Assembly (NCBI GenBank): GCA_944372325.1
Contig: CALVYR010000002.1
Span: 11,729-75,728 of the forward strand
Direction: 5' to 3'
DNA length: 64,000 bases
Origin: an uncultured Clostridia bacterium
GTDB taxonomy: Bacteria > Bacillota > Clostridia > Christensenellales > UBA1242
Notes under the pieces: generated by a model
The model's input: the letters and a program-made list of their open reading frames with translations, nothing else
What the model was told of the DNA's origin: nothing
The model's database searches: none
Program-made: the position numbers and the translations under genes
Part shown: positions 46,038-57,312 of the stretch, piece by piece
How the letters are laid out: each line of letters opens with the position of its first letter
Numbering within the stretch: the stretch's first letter is position 1

Positions 46038-47453
46038 TTAAAAGAAATCATATTTTTTCTTTATAATTTCATCTATTCTATCATTGTAGTCAGTTAAAAA
46101 CTTAGGGTTAGCCAAACGCTCTATTCTATTATCATCATAAAAAACTCTTTTAGAAATGGCTCCTGCACCACATGCTATAATGCTATTTGTTTCTTCCATG
46201 CTATCTATATTGAAAGTGCAAGCTTTGCCTTTTTTAGTATAGCCTATGTTTTCTAACCCTTCTATTTGATTTTTTTGCCTATATAAGTAGTATGGATTAT
46301 ACCCATCCGCCGTCAGCTTTTCATAGGCATAATCAACCATTTTTACTACATTGACATCTGTGTCTGGAGGGTTATTAAATAACAGCGAGCCATGTTTTAA
46401 AGAAAGCGTATGAATTGTTATGTTATCTGGTGATAGTTCTAGTGCGGTATTTACGCTCTTTTTAAAGGTTGGAAGCTTTTCTCCTGGCAGTCCTGCTATA
46501 AGATCCATATTCACTGAAAAATCGTATTTTAAAGCAAGTTTATAAGCTTCAAGTACATCTTTAACAGTGTGATTTCTGCCAATTAATTTTAAAGTCTTTT
46601 GGCAAAATGTTTGAGGGTTAATTGAAATTCTGGTAACCTCAGCTTCTTTTAAAGTTTTAAGTTTTTCTTCTGTAATTGTATCAGGCCTGCCACACTCAAC
46701 CGTAAATTCAGATATCGGATAGTTTATCTCATTAAATATCATTTTAAACTGCTCTGAAGTTAAAATGCTAGGTGTTCCACCGCCTATATATACCGTTCTA
46801 ATAACATAAGCCTTATCACTAACTATTTTTTGAACGGCTTTTAATTCTTTTACAAGATTTTCTAAATACTTTGGCAAAATATTTTTTACTTTATCATATT
46901 CAGAAGATATGAATGAACAATATGAACACCTAGATGGGCAAATTGGTATGTTTATATAAAGGTCTACAAGCTTTTCATTTCTAATAATTGAAGTTTGATT
47001 TCTTATAACTCTAGCTACTATTTTTGCCTTTTGTTCGCTTACAAGATAATTCTTCATAAGCATCTCTTTAATAAAATATACTGGAACGCCTTCATCTAAA
47101 AGTTCATAGCCAATTTTTGTAGGCCTTATACCTGTTAAACTACCCCAAGGCATTGTTTTGCCTGTAACTTGAATTAACAGTTTATATAATGATAGTTTTA
47201 TGTGCCTTTTTATATATCTTTTCTTTTTAAGCTGTGTTCCTCTAAGTTCTGGTTTGAATTTGGGAAGCTCTTGAGTATCTATAGAGGTCTTTCCGTTTAT
47301 ATCAAAAAAGTTTTCTTCACTACTATCTGTTAGCGTTAATTTATGATTTAAAACGACCCCATCTTCTTCGTTTAAAATAAGGTCTGGATAAAATAGGTGC
47401 ATCATGTCGTAGATATCATTTTTAAATTCTTCAGTATTCGTGTTAATTATCAT
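46038..47453 (-). CDS. Radical SAM enzyme, HemN/HemZ-like (coproporphyrinogen dehydrogenase family)
   Basis: 471 aa with CPSRCSYCSF (CxxxCxxC) and YIGGGTPS blocks. Confidence 0.65.
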   Translation of the reverse strand: MIINTNTEEFKNDIYDMMHLFYPDLILNEEDGVVLNHKLTLTDSSEENFFDINGKTSIDTQELPKFKPELRGTQLKKKRYIKRHIKLSLYKLLIQVTGKTMPWGSLTGIRPTKIGYELLDEGVPVYFIKEMLMKNYLVSEQKAKIVARVIRNQTSIIRNEKLVDLYINIPICPSRCSYCSFISSEYDKVKNILPKYLENLVKELKAVQKIVSDKAYVIRTVYIGGGTPSILTSEQFKMIFNEINYPISEFTVECGRPDTITEEKLKTLKEAEVTRISINPQTFCQKTLKLIGRNHTVKDVLEAYKLALKYDFSVNMDLIAGLPGEKLPTFKKSVNTALELSPDNITIHTLSLKHGSLLFNNPPDTDVNVVKMVDYAYEKLTADGYNPYYLYRQKNQIEGLENIGYTKKGKACTFNIDSMEETNSIIACGAGAISKRVFYDDNRIERLANPKFLTDYNDRIDEIIKKKYDFF

Positions 47454-47456
47454 AGC

Positions 47457-49526
47457 TCACCTAAATACATCAACTACACCTTTAATTTGTTTTAACTTTT
47501 TAATTAGTGCAGTTAATTCCTCTTTCTTTTTTACTTCAATTTTTATTGTGGCATTAGAAGTTGTGCCTTTCGTGTGTGAATCCATACTTTTAACTTTAAA
47601 GGTTTCTAACTCTTTAATTACTAAAGAGATTAAGTTAGGACAGTCTTCGGCTAAAATTTTAATAGTCGCAACAAATGGTTTTTCAGAATTTTCATCCCAA
47701 GTTGCTTGTATCAATCTTTCCTTTTCAAGATATTTTAAGTTTGGGCAGTTATCTCTATGAATTGTAACGCCCTTTCCTCTTGATATATACCCTACAATGC
47801 CATCACCTTGAACTGGTGAACAACAGCCAGCAAATCTTATTAAAAGCCCGCTAGAGCCATCTACAAGTATGCCATCCTTATTTCTTTGCAAGGTTATTTG
47901 ATGTACTTCTACATCTTCTTTATTTTTTGTTATGGTCTTTTCATATTCTTGAATTAGTTTAGACACCACAACTTTAGATGGTAAGCTACCATAGCCAACA
48001 GCAGCATATAGCTCATCTAAATTTGCAACGGAATATTTATAGAACACCTCATCTAAGAACTTATCTTGGAAGAGCTTTTCCGTGGTAAAGCCCTTATCCT
48101 TTATAGCTTCCTCTAAAATAGTTTTGCCTTTCTTTATGTTTTCTTCTTTTAGTTCTTGCTTGAAGTAAAGTTTAATTTTTTGTCTAGCGTCTGCCGTCTT
48201 TACAATATTTAACCAATCTCTAGATGGACCTTTAGATGAAGCAGAGGTTAAAATTTCCACTATATCGCCATTTGAGAGCTTAGTGTCTAAAGGTCTTATC
48301 TTGTTGTTGATTTTACCGCCCACACAGGTATTTCCCACTTCAGTGTGAATAGCATAGGCAAAGTCTATTATAGTTGCCCCTTCTGGGAATTCTAAAACTT
48401 TTCCTTTTGGAGTCTGAACAAATATCACTCCACCATAAAGGTTGGTTTTTAAAGTCTGGATAAAGTCTTTAGAACTCATATCCTTGCCCATTTCCATAAT
48501 CTCTCTAATCCAACTCAGCCTTGAATCTAAAGAGCTCTTTTTTGTGCGTTTTTCCTTATACATCCAATGCGCAGCAACACCATATTCAGAATTTTTATGC
48601 ATCTCTAAAGTTCTTATTTGAATTTCTAGAGGCCTGTTATTTTCAGCGATGACCGTTGTATGGAGGCTTTGATAGCCGTTGGCTTTAGGGTTTGCAATGT
48701 AATCTTTAACTCTACCTGGCATTGGCCTATAAATTGCATGAATTTTTCCAAGAATAGCGTAGCAATCTTCTATGTTATCTACTATCACTCTAAGCGCAAT
48801 TAAATCGTAAATTTTAGCAAGTGGAAGATGTTTAGACTGCATCTTTTTATAAACACTTGAAAAGTGCTTTTGCCTCGCCATAATTTGACCTTTAATTCCA
48901 AGCTCTTTTAATATATTTTCAAGCTTAGATTTGGTTATTTCTATTTGCTTTTGGTTCTCATCACGCTTTAAATTTACATTGTTTAAAAGAGAATTATAAA
49001 CGCTGGGCTCTAAAAGCTTTAAACATTCATCCTCCATTTCAGACTTTATAACATTTAAACCCAATCTTTCTGCAAGCGGAGCAAAAATATCTCTAACTTC
49101 TACTGTTAAATTTTTTTGTTCTGCAGTTAGTGGTAAAGAATAGCTTTTTAGCTCATATAAGAGGCAATAGAGCCTAATTATTAGTACCCTCAAGTCTTTA
49201 CTCATGGCAACTAGCATTTTCCTTAAATTCTCGGCTTCTTCCGTTCTAGTTTGAGTGTGTAAAGATTTGATTATTTGTAAATTTTGAAAAAGTTCTAAAG
49301 TTTCTTCATCAAAGGCGGTTTTAATTTTATGTTCATCTAACTCTGTCTTCTCAACTGCTTGGTCGAGCAAAAATGCACATATGGTTTGATAATCTAGTTT
49401 CAAATTTACTAGTTCATCTATAATTTTGCAACATTTTTCCTCATCTAAAAATGGAGCTAAATTATTAAGAAGATCTAATTGCTCCTTTTTTGGCTTAAAA
49501 TTTTTTTCAATTTTTTCTAAAATCAT
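47457..49526 (-). CDS. relA: Long RelA/SpoT homologue: (p)ppGpp synthetase with degenerate hydrolase domain
   Basis: Synthetase blocks YRPMPGRVKDYIANPKANGYQSLHTTV and LEIQIRTLEMH..GVAAHWMYKE, followed by TGS and ACT-like C-terminal domains. The N-terminal HD residues are substituted (see findings). I prefer ATG 49526 (GGAG 5 nt upstream) over the GTG at 49532. Confidence 0.8.
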   Translation of the reverse strand: MILEKIEKNFKPKKEQLDLLNNLAPFLDEEKCCKIIDELVNLKLDYQTICAFLLDQAVEKTELDEHKIKTAFDEETLELFQNLQIIKSLHTQTRTEEAENLRKMLVAMSKDLRVLIIRLYCLLYELKSYSLPLTAEQKNLTVEVRDIFAPLAERLGLNVIKSEMEDECLKLLEPSVYNSLLNNVNLKRDENQKQIEITKSKLENILKELGIKGQIMARQKHFSSVYKKMQSKHLPLAKIYDLIALRVIVDNIEDCYAILGKIHAIYRPMPGRVKDYIANPKANGYQSLHTTVIAENNRPLEIQIRTLEMHKNSEYGVAAHWMYKEKRTKKSSLDSRLSWIREIMEMGKDMSSKDFIQTLKTNLYGGVIFVQTPKGKVLEFPEGATIIDFAYAIHTEVGNTCVGGKINNKIRPLDTKLSNGDIVEILTSASSKGPSRDWLNIVKTADARQKIKLYFKQELKEENIKKGKTILEEAIKDKGFTTEKLFQDKFLDEVFYKYSVANLDELYAAVGYGSLPSKVVVSKLIQEYEKTITKNKEDVEVHQITLQRNKDGILVDGSSGLLIRFAGCCSPVQGDGIVGYISRGKGVTIHRDNCPNLKYLEKERLIQATWDENSEKPFVATIKILAEDCPNLISLVIKELETFKVKSMDSHTKGTTSNATIKIEVKKKEELTALIKKLKQIKGVVDVFR

Positions 49527-49528
49527 CC

Positions 49529-51883
49529 TCACTCCGTTACATTTTTTAATAGTTTTGCCATATTATATACGCTAGATTTATTTAAATCTGTTTTTATACT
49601 ATCATTTATTATAAGTTTTGTTAAACCATTTTCAATATAAGTATCTATTATGTGAAGTTCTGCAAAGGTTAAATAACAAATCAAAAAGGTTTCATAGTTT
49701 TGTGTTAGTTTAAGTTTATTATATAGGTCCTCTTGGCATACAAAGCCCGCTTTAAACCTTTTTATACTATTATAAATTCTTCCAAAAGTTTGCCTAGATA
49801 AATCTATATTTTTAAAGTTAGCTGAACCTTTTTTATTTAAAGGTAAATAAACCTTTGCATCGCTTAGTTTATTTATCCTGGCTATATAGCCTCCATCCAA
49901 AACAGGACTTAAAAATACAAGCTTTTCAAAGTGCCTACAAAAATCTATTGTTTCAGGACATAGAAAAAGTGTGTTGAACCCCTTACTTTCATTTCCGTCA
50001 AATATGTTTAAGTTTACAACTTTATCCATATTGTAGTTAGATACAAAATCGTTGTAGTCGTTCATATTAAAGGCGATAAAAGCCGTTCCGAAGTTAGACG
50101 GAGAACTAACAAAATTTATTAAATCTTGTTCAGAATAATAATCGTAAACTCTTGGAGTTTTTTCTGAACAATATTTTAAAGTTTGAATATTTCCAAAATT
50201 AAAATTTTTATTAAAGTTAAGAGGATAATCAAAATGGTTTCCTCTAACAATGCCCTTTAAGGCTTGTTGATAAGAGTCGCTTTGTAGTTCAAAAATAATA
50301 GATTTATTTTTACAGTATTTTAGTTTATTATGATCATGCACATAGTTGAATTGAACAAAGTTTATTTTATTTTGCATTTTAATTTGACAATGGTAATTAA
50401 AATTCTTCATAGGAAGAATATCAAGCTTATCTATAGAAATTTTAAACTTTGGGTTGGAATTGGCAAGCCCAAAAGGTTCAAGCTTTTGCATACTTTCTAA
50501 CAAAGCCTTATTTAAATCTTTAGGAGTAACCTCAATGTCGTAGTATTGCACTGGAGAAAAAACTTCATCATTGATATTGTTTACAATATATTCGTTTACC
50601 TTCTGCTTGAAAATTGGCAAGTTTTCTTTTTTTATAGTAAGCCCCGCTGCTACTGTATGACCGCCAAAAGTTTCCAGCATATCTTTCATAGAGTTTAAAA
50701 GCAGATGCACATTTATTTCAGGTATACTTCTAGCCGAGCCTTTAGCATCCTCTTCTAACTCAGAAAATAAAAATACTGGTCTGTTGTATTCTTCAACAAG
50801 TCTTGCACAAACTATGCCAAGTATGCCCTGATCCCACTTTTTAGAAGACAATATTATACACTTATTTGTGCTCATATTTTCATCTTCTAACATACGCTTG
50901 CAATCTTCATATACTTTAGCGCATAGTTCTTGCCTTCTTTGATTATGTTTTGCAACCTTTTCTAAAAGCTTTTTTATTTCAACTGGATCCGTTTCAAGGT
51001 AAAGTTTTAAAGAATCGCCAGCGTCACCCATTCTTCCAGAGGCGTTTATTTTAGGCGCTATTTTATATGAAATATCTTTAGAGTTTGCCTTGGAAAGTGG
51101 CATTTTTTGCTCTTTAAATAGCATTTTAAGCCCTATTGGCAAATAGGCATCTAAAAGTTTTAAACCTCTATAAACTATAGTTCTATTTTCATCCACTAAG
51201 GGTACGATGTCGGCTATTGTAGCAATGCTTGCTATTGGCAAAAATTGTTCCGCCTCTTTTCCAAGCAGAGCCTCTGAAATTTTATATGCAAGCCCAGTTC
51301 CACACAACTCACGAAAAGGATACTCCTGCCCTTCTATTTTAGCATTCAAAACTATTCCGCTAGGCAAAATTTCTGGAATTTCATGGTGGTCTGTAACAAT
51401 AATTTCTATACCTAGAGTTTTGGCATAATCTACTTCTTTATAGCAGGATATTCCGCAGTCTACGGTTATAATTAAATTAGGAGAATACTTTTCCTTAATT
51501 TTATCTATTACAGCGCAAGTTAGACCATAACCATCTATAAATCTATTAGGCAAGTAATATTTTGGCTTTACACCTAAAATATTTAAAGTTTTTATCATTA
51601 TTGCTGTAGCACTTATGCCATCAACATCATAATCACCAAAGATTAATATCTTTTCTTTTTTTGTTATAGCTTCCTTTACTCTGCTTACGAGCTTGTCCAT
51701 ATTTCTTATAGAAAAAGGATCATGAGTAGTTGCGGGTTTTAAAAAGCTTTCAACTTTTTCTATAGTGTCGTATCCGCGTGAAACAATAAGCTCTGCTATA
51801 ATTTTAGAGAGCCCAAATCTCGCCATAATTTCTTGAACAAAAGAAGCACTTATGCTTCCGTTAAAGTACTTTAATAATTTCAT
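49529..51883 (-). CDS. recJ: Single-stranded-DNA-specific exonuclease RecJ (long C-terminal extension)
   Basis: 784 aa with DHH motifs DYDVDGISA, TVDCG and VTDHH, plus DHHA1 GGHTVAAG. Confidence 0.85.
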   Translation of the reverse strand: MKLLKYFNGSISASFVQEIMARFGLSKIIAELIVSRGYDTIEKVESFLKPATTHDPFSIRNMDKLVSRVKEAITKKEKILIFGDYDVDGISATAIMIKTLNILGVKPKYYLPNRFIDGYGLTCAVIDKIKEKYSPNLIITVDCGISCYKEVDYAKTLGIEIIVTDHHEIPEILPSGIVLNAKIEGQEYPFRELCGTGLAYKISEALLGKEAEQFLPIASIATIADIVPLVDENRTIVYRGLKLLDAYLPIGLKMLFKEQKMPLSKANSKDISYKIAPKINASGRMGDAGDSLKLYLETDPVEIKKLLEKVAKHNQRRQELCAKVYEDCKRMLEDENMSTNKCIILSSKKWDQGILGIVCARLVEEYNRPVFLFSELEEDAKGSARSIPEINVHLLLNSMKDMLETFGGHTVAAGLTIKKENLPIFKQKVNEYIVNNINDEVFSPVQYYDIEVTPKDLNKALLESMQKLEPFGLANSNPKFKISIDKLDILPMKNFNYHCQIKMQNKINFVQFNYVHDHNKLKYCKNKSIIFELQSDSYQQALKGIVRGNHFDYPLNFNKNFNFGNIQTLKYCSEKTPRVYDYYSEQDLINFVSSPSNFGTAFIAFNMNDYNDFVSNYNMDKVVNLNIFDGNESKGFNTLFLCPETIDFCRHFEKLVFLSPVLDGGYIARINKLSDAKVYLPLNKKGSANFKNIDLSRQTFGRIYNSIKRFKAGFVCQEDLYNKLKLTQNYETFLICYLTFAELHIIDTYIENGLTKLIINDSIKTDLNKSSVYNMAKLLKNVTE

Positions 51884-51937
51884 AAAACCTAATATGCAAA
51901 TAAAAAATTTGCTACCTTATGATTTTATTATAATATT

Positions 51938-51972
51938 AAAAAAAGAATAATGCAAATAATTTTGCACTATTC
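51938..51972 (-). terminator. Intrinsic terminator after secF
   Basis: On the - strand: GAATAGTGCAAA-atta-TTTGCATTATTC (12 bp, one G-U pair) overlapping the TAG stop, followed by T7. Confidence 0.7.
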
Positions 51973-52905
51973 TTTAATTTCTTCAACTTTTTCAGCTTTA
52001 TTATCCTTATCCTTTTTAGCTCTAATTCTTCTTCTATAAGCCATTGCCCAAAGATGAGGTACAAGCATTTGTGAAGTATAAAGGCAAGCAATAAAGCCAA
52101 GAGCTAGTGAAACTGAAGTAGATAGATTATAGAAAGCAAAAGCACCTATTGCTATTAAACAAGTAAGAGAAATAAGTATTAGTGTATGAGCAAAAGATTG
52201 TTGTGTAGATTTAATTACTTCCTCATTTGATGCCTTCAACATAGTTTCCTCTTTACTATTATCAACAAGTTTGCTATAGAATAGAGTATTTAAAACAATT
52301 GAGAATATTGCTGTTCCTACAATTGCAATACCATAATGAGATGTTATTGGCAATCTGCAAATTAGAGTAAGAGATATCATTAAAAGTGTATCTAAAATAA
52401 CTGATAAAACTACGCTAAACGCATTTGCAACACTGTGTCTTAAAGCAATATAAACAAATATTCCAACAAGGCCAATAATTATAGCTAGCCCAGTTCCTGC
52501 AAAGGTCATCCCTATGTTTTGAGGCTCTATAAAGCCACTAACCTTAATATATGTTTGCTCTATAAGCGAACTTTCATCATAACCAAAAGCTTCATAAAGT
52601 TCATCTTTAATGTTCTCTTCAAGTTCTTGGGTATTTGTTACAGTAGTTGTAAACTTGATGGCTATAACATTACCATAGTCATCTTTTTCTAAACTATATT
52701 CTTTAATATCAATCTCTTTTCCTTCAAGTACTCCATCAATTTTTTCTAGTGAGTCAGATAAAGTGTTATCATTTATATTTACTTCAATTAAATGATAGCC
52801 ACTTAATTCTAAAGACTTATTAAAGCCTACAGTAAAGAATAACACTATTCCCAATATTAGTATTAAAGCAGGAGTAATTATTTTTAACCAAAAATTAGAT
52901 TTCAT
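51967..52905 (-). CDS. secF: Protein translocase subunit SecF
   Basis: 312 aa. N-terminal TM helix, periplasmic-type loop and a C-terminal 5-TM bundle; follows secD. Confidence 0.8.
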   Translation of the reverse strand: MKSNFWLKIITPALILILGIVLFFTVGFNKSLELSGYHLIEVNINDNTLSDSLEKIDGVLEGKEIDIKEYSLEKDDYGNVIAIKFTTTVTNTQELEENIKDELYEAFGYDESSLIEQTYIKVSGFIEPQNIGMTFAGTGLAIIIGLVGIFVYIALRHSVANAFSVVLSVILDTLLMISLTLICRLPITSHYGIAIVGTAIFSIVLNTLFYSKLVDNSKEETMLKASNEEVIKSTQQSFAHTLILISLTCLIAIGAFAFYNLSTSVSLALGFIACLYTSQMLVPHLWAMAYRRRIRAKKDKDNKAEKVEEIKE

Positions 52906-54229
52906 TTACGTTCTCTCCCCTTTTAAAACCAAGTTTTTTTGCATTCGAGCTGTTTATTGGAAGATACCATTTCATAAATGCTCTAGTTACTAAAAGAGAG
53001 GTAAACATTCCAATTGCACAAGAAATTGTAAGAATGATACCAAAGCTCATAGTAAACACATCTCCTAAGAACCACATTACGAATGAGGCAATGATTGCTA
53101 CAACATTTATGTCAACTATTGGCAAAATTGATTTTTTATATCCAGCTTTTACTGACAAGTGAATTTTCTTTCCATAAGAATATTCTTTTGAAATGTTATT
53201 AAACATTATTGCGTGAGATATGAAAAGTAAAGCAAGACCTAGCGCAAGAGCTATAAAGCCACCAAGTGTTAGAAGAACTAATGGTATTGCTTGCATAAAG
53301 AATACAACTAAAATTACATAGATTAGTAAACTTAAAAGTGAAAGCCAACCAAAATCTTTAAACTTTATTACCATTAAAACTACAAATATTATTGCAAGTA
53401 TAGCAAGAGCTACACAGCCAAATATCATGAAATTACCACCAAGTGTTGCTGGAATTTCTATTACAGAATTTGGAGCTTGTGAAAGCTTTGTTTCAAGAGT
53501 GCCAACTAAAACTCTTAGTGCAAACTGATTTGCAGTTTCTTGAGTAGTTATACCTCCACCAGATAGGAAAAGCACACCATTAGTTTGAGCCTCTGATATA
53601 CCTCCTATTGATTGGTACAATTCATCATCCATGTAAATATAAATTGTATTTCCGCTTGAGCTAACAGTTGAAGTTAATTCCTCATATTTTTCTGCACCAG
53701 ATTTTCCTGTTGAACTAGTTTGAGTAAACTCTATCATAACGCCCCAAGAAAACTCTGTTTCAGAGGTTTGAAGCCTAGTTGCATAGACATTTGAAATATC
53801 TTCGCCTATTATATCACTATCAGATTCATCTGTGGTTTCTGAACTTTTAATTCGAATATCTCCAGCACTACCAAGTGTGCTAATTAAAAGTTCAGAATTA
53901 TTATTTTTAGATACAGTTAACCTAATTTGGTTATCACCTTGTTTTGTTACAATTGCATCTGTATAGCCTTGCCTTGCAAGAACATCACTTATAAACTGCA
54001 CTGAAGAATCTATTTCTTCATCTAAAGATTTGCTATCATCCTCTAAAACTATGTCGTAAACAGCAGAATAACCTCCTGCCACATCTAAACCAAGAGGTAT
54101 TGAATTTGCAAAGCCATTAAAATTTACAGTTGTAAAAGGAATTGCAAAACTACAAACTGAAAGAAAAATTCCTAGTGCAACTGCTATGCAAACAAATATA
54201 TATTTAATTATACTAGATTTTTTGGTCAT
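52895..54229 (-). CDS. secD: Protein translocase subunit SecD
   Basis: 444 aa. TM1, a large extracytoplasmic domain (LGLDVAGG) and a C-terminal 5-TM bundle. Confidence 0.8.
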   Translation of the reverse strand: MTKKSSIIKYIFVCIAVALGIFLSVCSFAIPFTTVNFNGFANSIPLGLDVAGGYSAVYDIVLEDDSKSLDEEIDSSVQFISDVLARQGYTDAIVTKQGDNQIRLTVSKNNNSELLISTLGSAGDIRIKSSETTDESDSDIIGEDISNVYATRLQTSETEFSWGVMIEFTQTSSTGKSGAEKYEELTSTVSSSGNTIYIYMDDELYQSIGGISEAQTNGVLFLSGGGITTQETANQFALRVLVGTLETKLSQAPNSVIEIPATLGGNFMIFGCVALAILAIIFVVLMVIKFKDFGWLSLLSLLIYVILVVFFMQAIPLVLLTLGGFIALALGLALLFISHAIMFNNISKEYSYGKKIHLSVKAGYKKSILPIVDINVVAIIASFVMWFLGDVFTMSFGIILTISCAIGMFTSLLVTRAFMKWYLPINSSNAKKLGFKRGENVNEI

Positions 54230-54269
54230 TTCCTATCGCCCTTTAATATTTTTAGTTAAACACTTAGGT

Positions 54270-54298
54270 AGTATAGTAAAAACAGCGCTCGCTGTCAA
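54270..54298 (-). promoter_or_regulatory. SigmaA-type promoter of secDF
   Basis: Minus strand: TTGACA (54293-54298), 17-nt spacer, TATACT (54270-54275). Confidence 0.5.
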
Positions 54299-54394
54299 AT
54301 GTTTTTTTAAATATTGACAAAAAAGTTGAATTTAATTCATGAGTTTTAAAGAATATAACGAGTAAAACTCTCATATTGTACATTGGGGGTAAGT

Positions 54395-54814
54395 ATGGAA
54401 AAATTGAAAAAAAAAGTAAAAGAACATCCAGGAGAAAGCTCATTTTTCCTAAACACTTTAAAAGGTTCACTTATAGCTCTTTGCGTATCACTAATAGGAA
54501 TACTTATTTTTGCATTTATTATAAGGTTTGTATCAGTGCCAGATAGCGCAATATCACCAATAAATCAAGTTATTAAAGGCATTAGCATATTAATAGGCTG
54601 TTTTATAGGACTTAAGAAGTCTAACGAGATGGGCTTTATTTCTGGACTAGTGATAGGAATATTTTACACAGCACTTGCATTTGTTACCTTTTCAATTTTA
54701 GATGGTCAGTTCGTATTTTCTAAAACCCTATTAAACGACCTGTTATTTGGGGGAATTATTGGTGCTATATGCGGAATAATAGCTGTAAACTTTATTGGTA
54801 AGAAAAAAGCATAG
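54395..54814 (+). CDS. Small 4-TM membrane protein (YrzE/TIGR04086-like)
   Basis: 139 aa from ATG 54395 (GGGGG 5 nt upstream). Four glycine-rich TM helices; the only + strand gene in the right half. Confidence 0.5.
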   Translation: MEKLKKKVKEHPGESSFFLNTLKGSLIALCVSLIGILIFAFIIRFVSVPDSAISPINQVIKGISILIGCFIGLKKSNEMGFISGLVIGIFYTALAFVTFSILDGQFVFSKTLLNDLLFGGIIGAICGIIAVNFIGKKKA

Positions 54815-54820
54815 TTTAAA

Positions 54821-55357
54821 CTATGCTTTTTTGTTTTGCTTTTTAGATTTTGAAGTTTTATTAGTTTTCTTTTCCTCTTTAACTTCTTCTACTGGTGCTG
54901 ACTCTTCAGGAACCTTTTCAGAATTTGCCTTTTCTTCAACTACTTCAGCTTCAACTTTTTCTTCAGGTTTCTGCTCTTTAGAAGTTTTATCCTCTTTCTT
55001 TTCTTCTATAACTGGTTCGCCATCTGTGCCAAAGATTTTATCTTTGTTGTCTGTGAAAGAATAAACTGCATCTATAGTTACACAAACATATCCGCTGTTT
55101 TTTCCCTCACCTGTTTGGATTGTTAGAAATTTTCCATTTTGTTTTTCTAAAATTTCAACAACTTTTCCCATAATACCTGAATAGGTTATTACATAGTCAC
55201 CTTTACGAATTGTTTCATAAAGTTCTGTCCTCTTTTCCTTATCTTTTTTGTTTCTAATGTACATAAACACAGGGTAAAGAATAAGAAGTGCTGCCACAAC
55301 TACTATTAAAGTAATTTGCGCTGCATCAATAAACATTAGATTTGATAGATTAAACAT
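54821..55357 (-). CDS. yajC: Preprotein translocase subunit YajC with long Lys/Glu-rich C-terminal tail
   Basis: 178 aa. One TM helix plus the YajC core (IRKGDYVITYSGIMGKVVEI), then an ~80-aa EKKEDK-type tail. Confidence 0.8.
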   Translation of the reverse strand: MFNLSNLMFIDAAQITLIVVVAALLILYPVFMYIRNKKDKEKRTELYETIRKGDYVITYSGIMGKVVEILEKQNGKFLTIQTGEGKNSGYVCVTIDAVYSFTDNKDKIFGTDGEPVIEEKKEDKTSKEQKPEEKVEAEVVEEKANSEKVPEESAPVEEVKEEKKTNKTSKSKKQNKKA

Positions 55358-55369
55358 TAAATTCTCCTT

Positions 55370-55450
55370 TTAAATAGACATTCCAAAAATTACGATTGCA
55401 ATTAAAACGCAAATTGGAATAATAATATTTGAGACAGAAATAAGTAACAT
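55370..55450 (-). CDS. Candidate 26-aa hydrophobic small protein
   Basis: MLLISVSNIIIPICVLIAIVIFGMSI*. ATG lies 5 nt after GGAG. Preceded by TTGTTT-17-TGcTAGAAT and located between tgt and yajC. Below the ORF-track size cutoff. Confidence 0.35.
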   Translation of the reverse strand: MLLISVSNIIIPICVLIAIVIFGMSI

Positions 55451-55518
55451 ACTTGCTCCATGTCAAAATTCATTCTAGCATAATTTTTGAAAAAAACAAA
55501 TGAATTTATGACGAAATT

Positions 55519-57275
<1,757 letters not shown>

Positions 57276-57312
57276 GATTAAACTCTATCAAAAATTTTTT
57301 GTTTTGTCAATA

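Noticed and set aside
32198-51960. Apparent enrichment of the octamer ATGCAAAT / TTGCAT-containing motifs in intergenic DNA (11505, 11553, 32203, 32223, 35973, 36005, 41826, 51888, 51949).
   Set aside because: For this base composition, several occurrences per 64 kb are expected by chance. Many are simply TTGCAT-type -35 hexamers. Only the longer 13-22-nt matches are reported.
54795-55064. 89-aa Ser-rich ORF on the + strand.
   Set aside because: It is the antisense frame of the Lys/Glu-rich yajC tail (GAA/AAG repeats read as TTC/CTT) and overlaps the end of the preceding + strand gene.
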